Of a DNA stretch of 32,000 bases, positions 31,988 to 32,000 are shown piece after piece. Each line of letters begins with the position of its first letter. Position 1 is the stretch's first letter. The notes beneath the pieces were generated by a model that worked only from the letters and a program-made list of their open reading frames with translations, had not been told where the DNA came from and did not search any database. Made by a program: the position numbers and the translations under genes. Origin of the DNA: an uncultured Nitrososphaerota archaeon. Lineage in GTDB: Archaea; Korarchaeota; Korarchaeia; Korarchaeales; Korarchaeaceae. The stretch spans positions 56,816 to 88,815 of the forward strand of contig CAYZRF010000004.1 of NCBI GenBank assembly GCA_964480775.1, read 5' to 3'.

Positions 31988-32000
31988 ATTATAAGAAGAT

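Overview
This is an archaeal chromosomal window. It is densely packed with genes on both strands, many of them joined by 1-4 nt stop/start overlaps.

Core content:
- DNA repair: full-length Hef helicase/XPF nuclease, a RadA-family recombinase and a small RecA-like ATPase.
- Lipid and envelope: CDP-archaeol synthase, two GT4 (MraY/WecA-like) transferases flanking a ferredoxin, and DUF354.
- Cell division: FtsZ, preceded by an unlisted about 48-codon ribbon-helix-helix (RHH) gene.
- Glycine cleavage: GcvH, GcvPA and GcvPB.
- A tightly coupled chain aIF2beta, aIF1A, Rio1, KH/Dim2-like, Topo VI B and Topo VI A.
- A VapBC toxin-antitoxin pair, a GNAT acetyltransferase and an 871-aa secreted multi-domain surface protein.

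Five tRNA genes are present. One is a tRNA with a genomically encoded UAU anticodon, interrupted by two introns with bulge-helix-bulge (BHB) splice motifs. Another is a tRNA-Leu with a D-loop intron.

The right-hand about 4.4 kb (27560-31987) is a visibly AT-rich integrated element. It is bounded by a perfect 42-bp direct repeat that equals the 5' half of tRNA-Arg(GCG). The two integrase fragments at its ends are in the same frame through the repeat. The excised circle would therefore carry one 378-codon SSV-type integrase with attP inside the gene. Its three cargo ORFs match nothing I recognise.

FtsZ, long-form Hef, Topo VI, intron-rich tRNAs and tRNA-Ile(UAU) together resemble what I recall for Korarchaeota. 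I cannot verify this without a database search. No rRNA or CRISPR array is present. All calls come from reading the sequence and from motif recall; nothing was searched.
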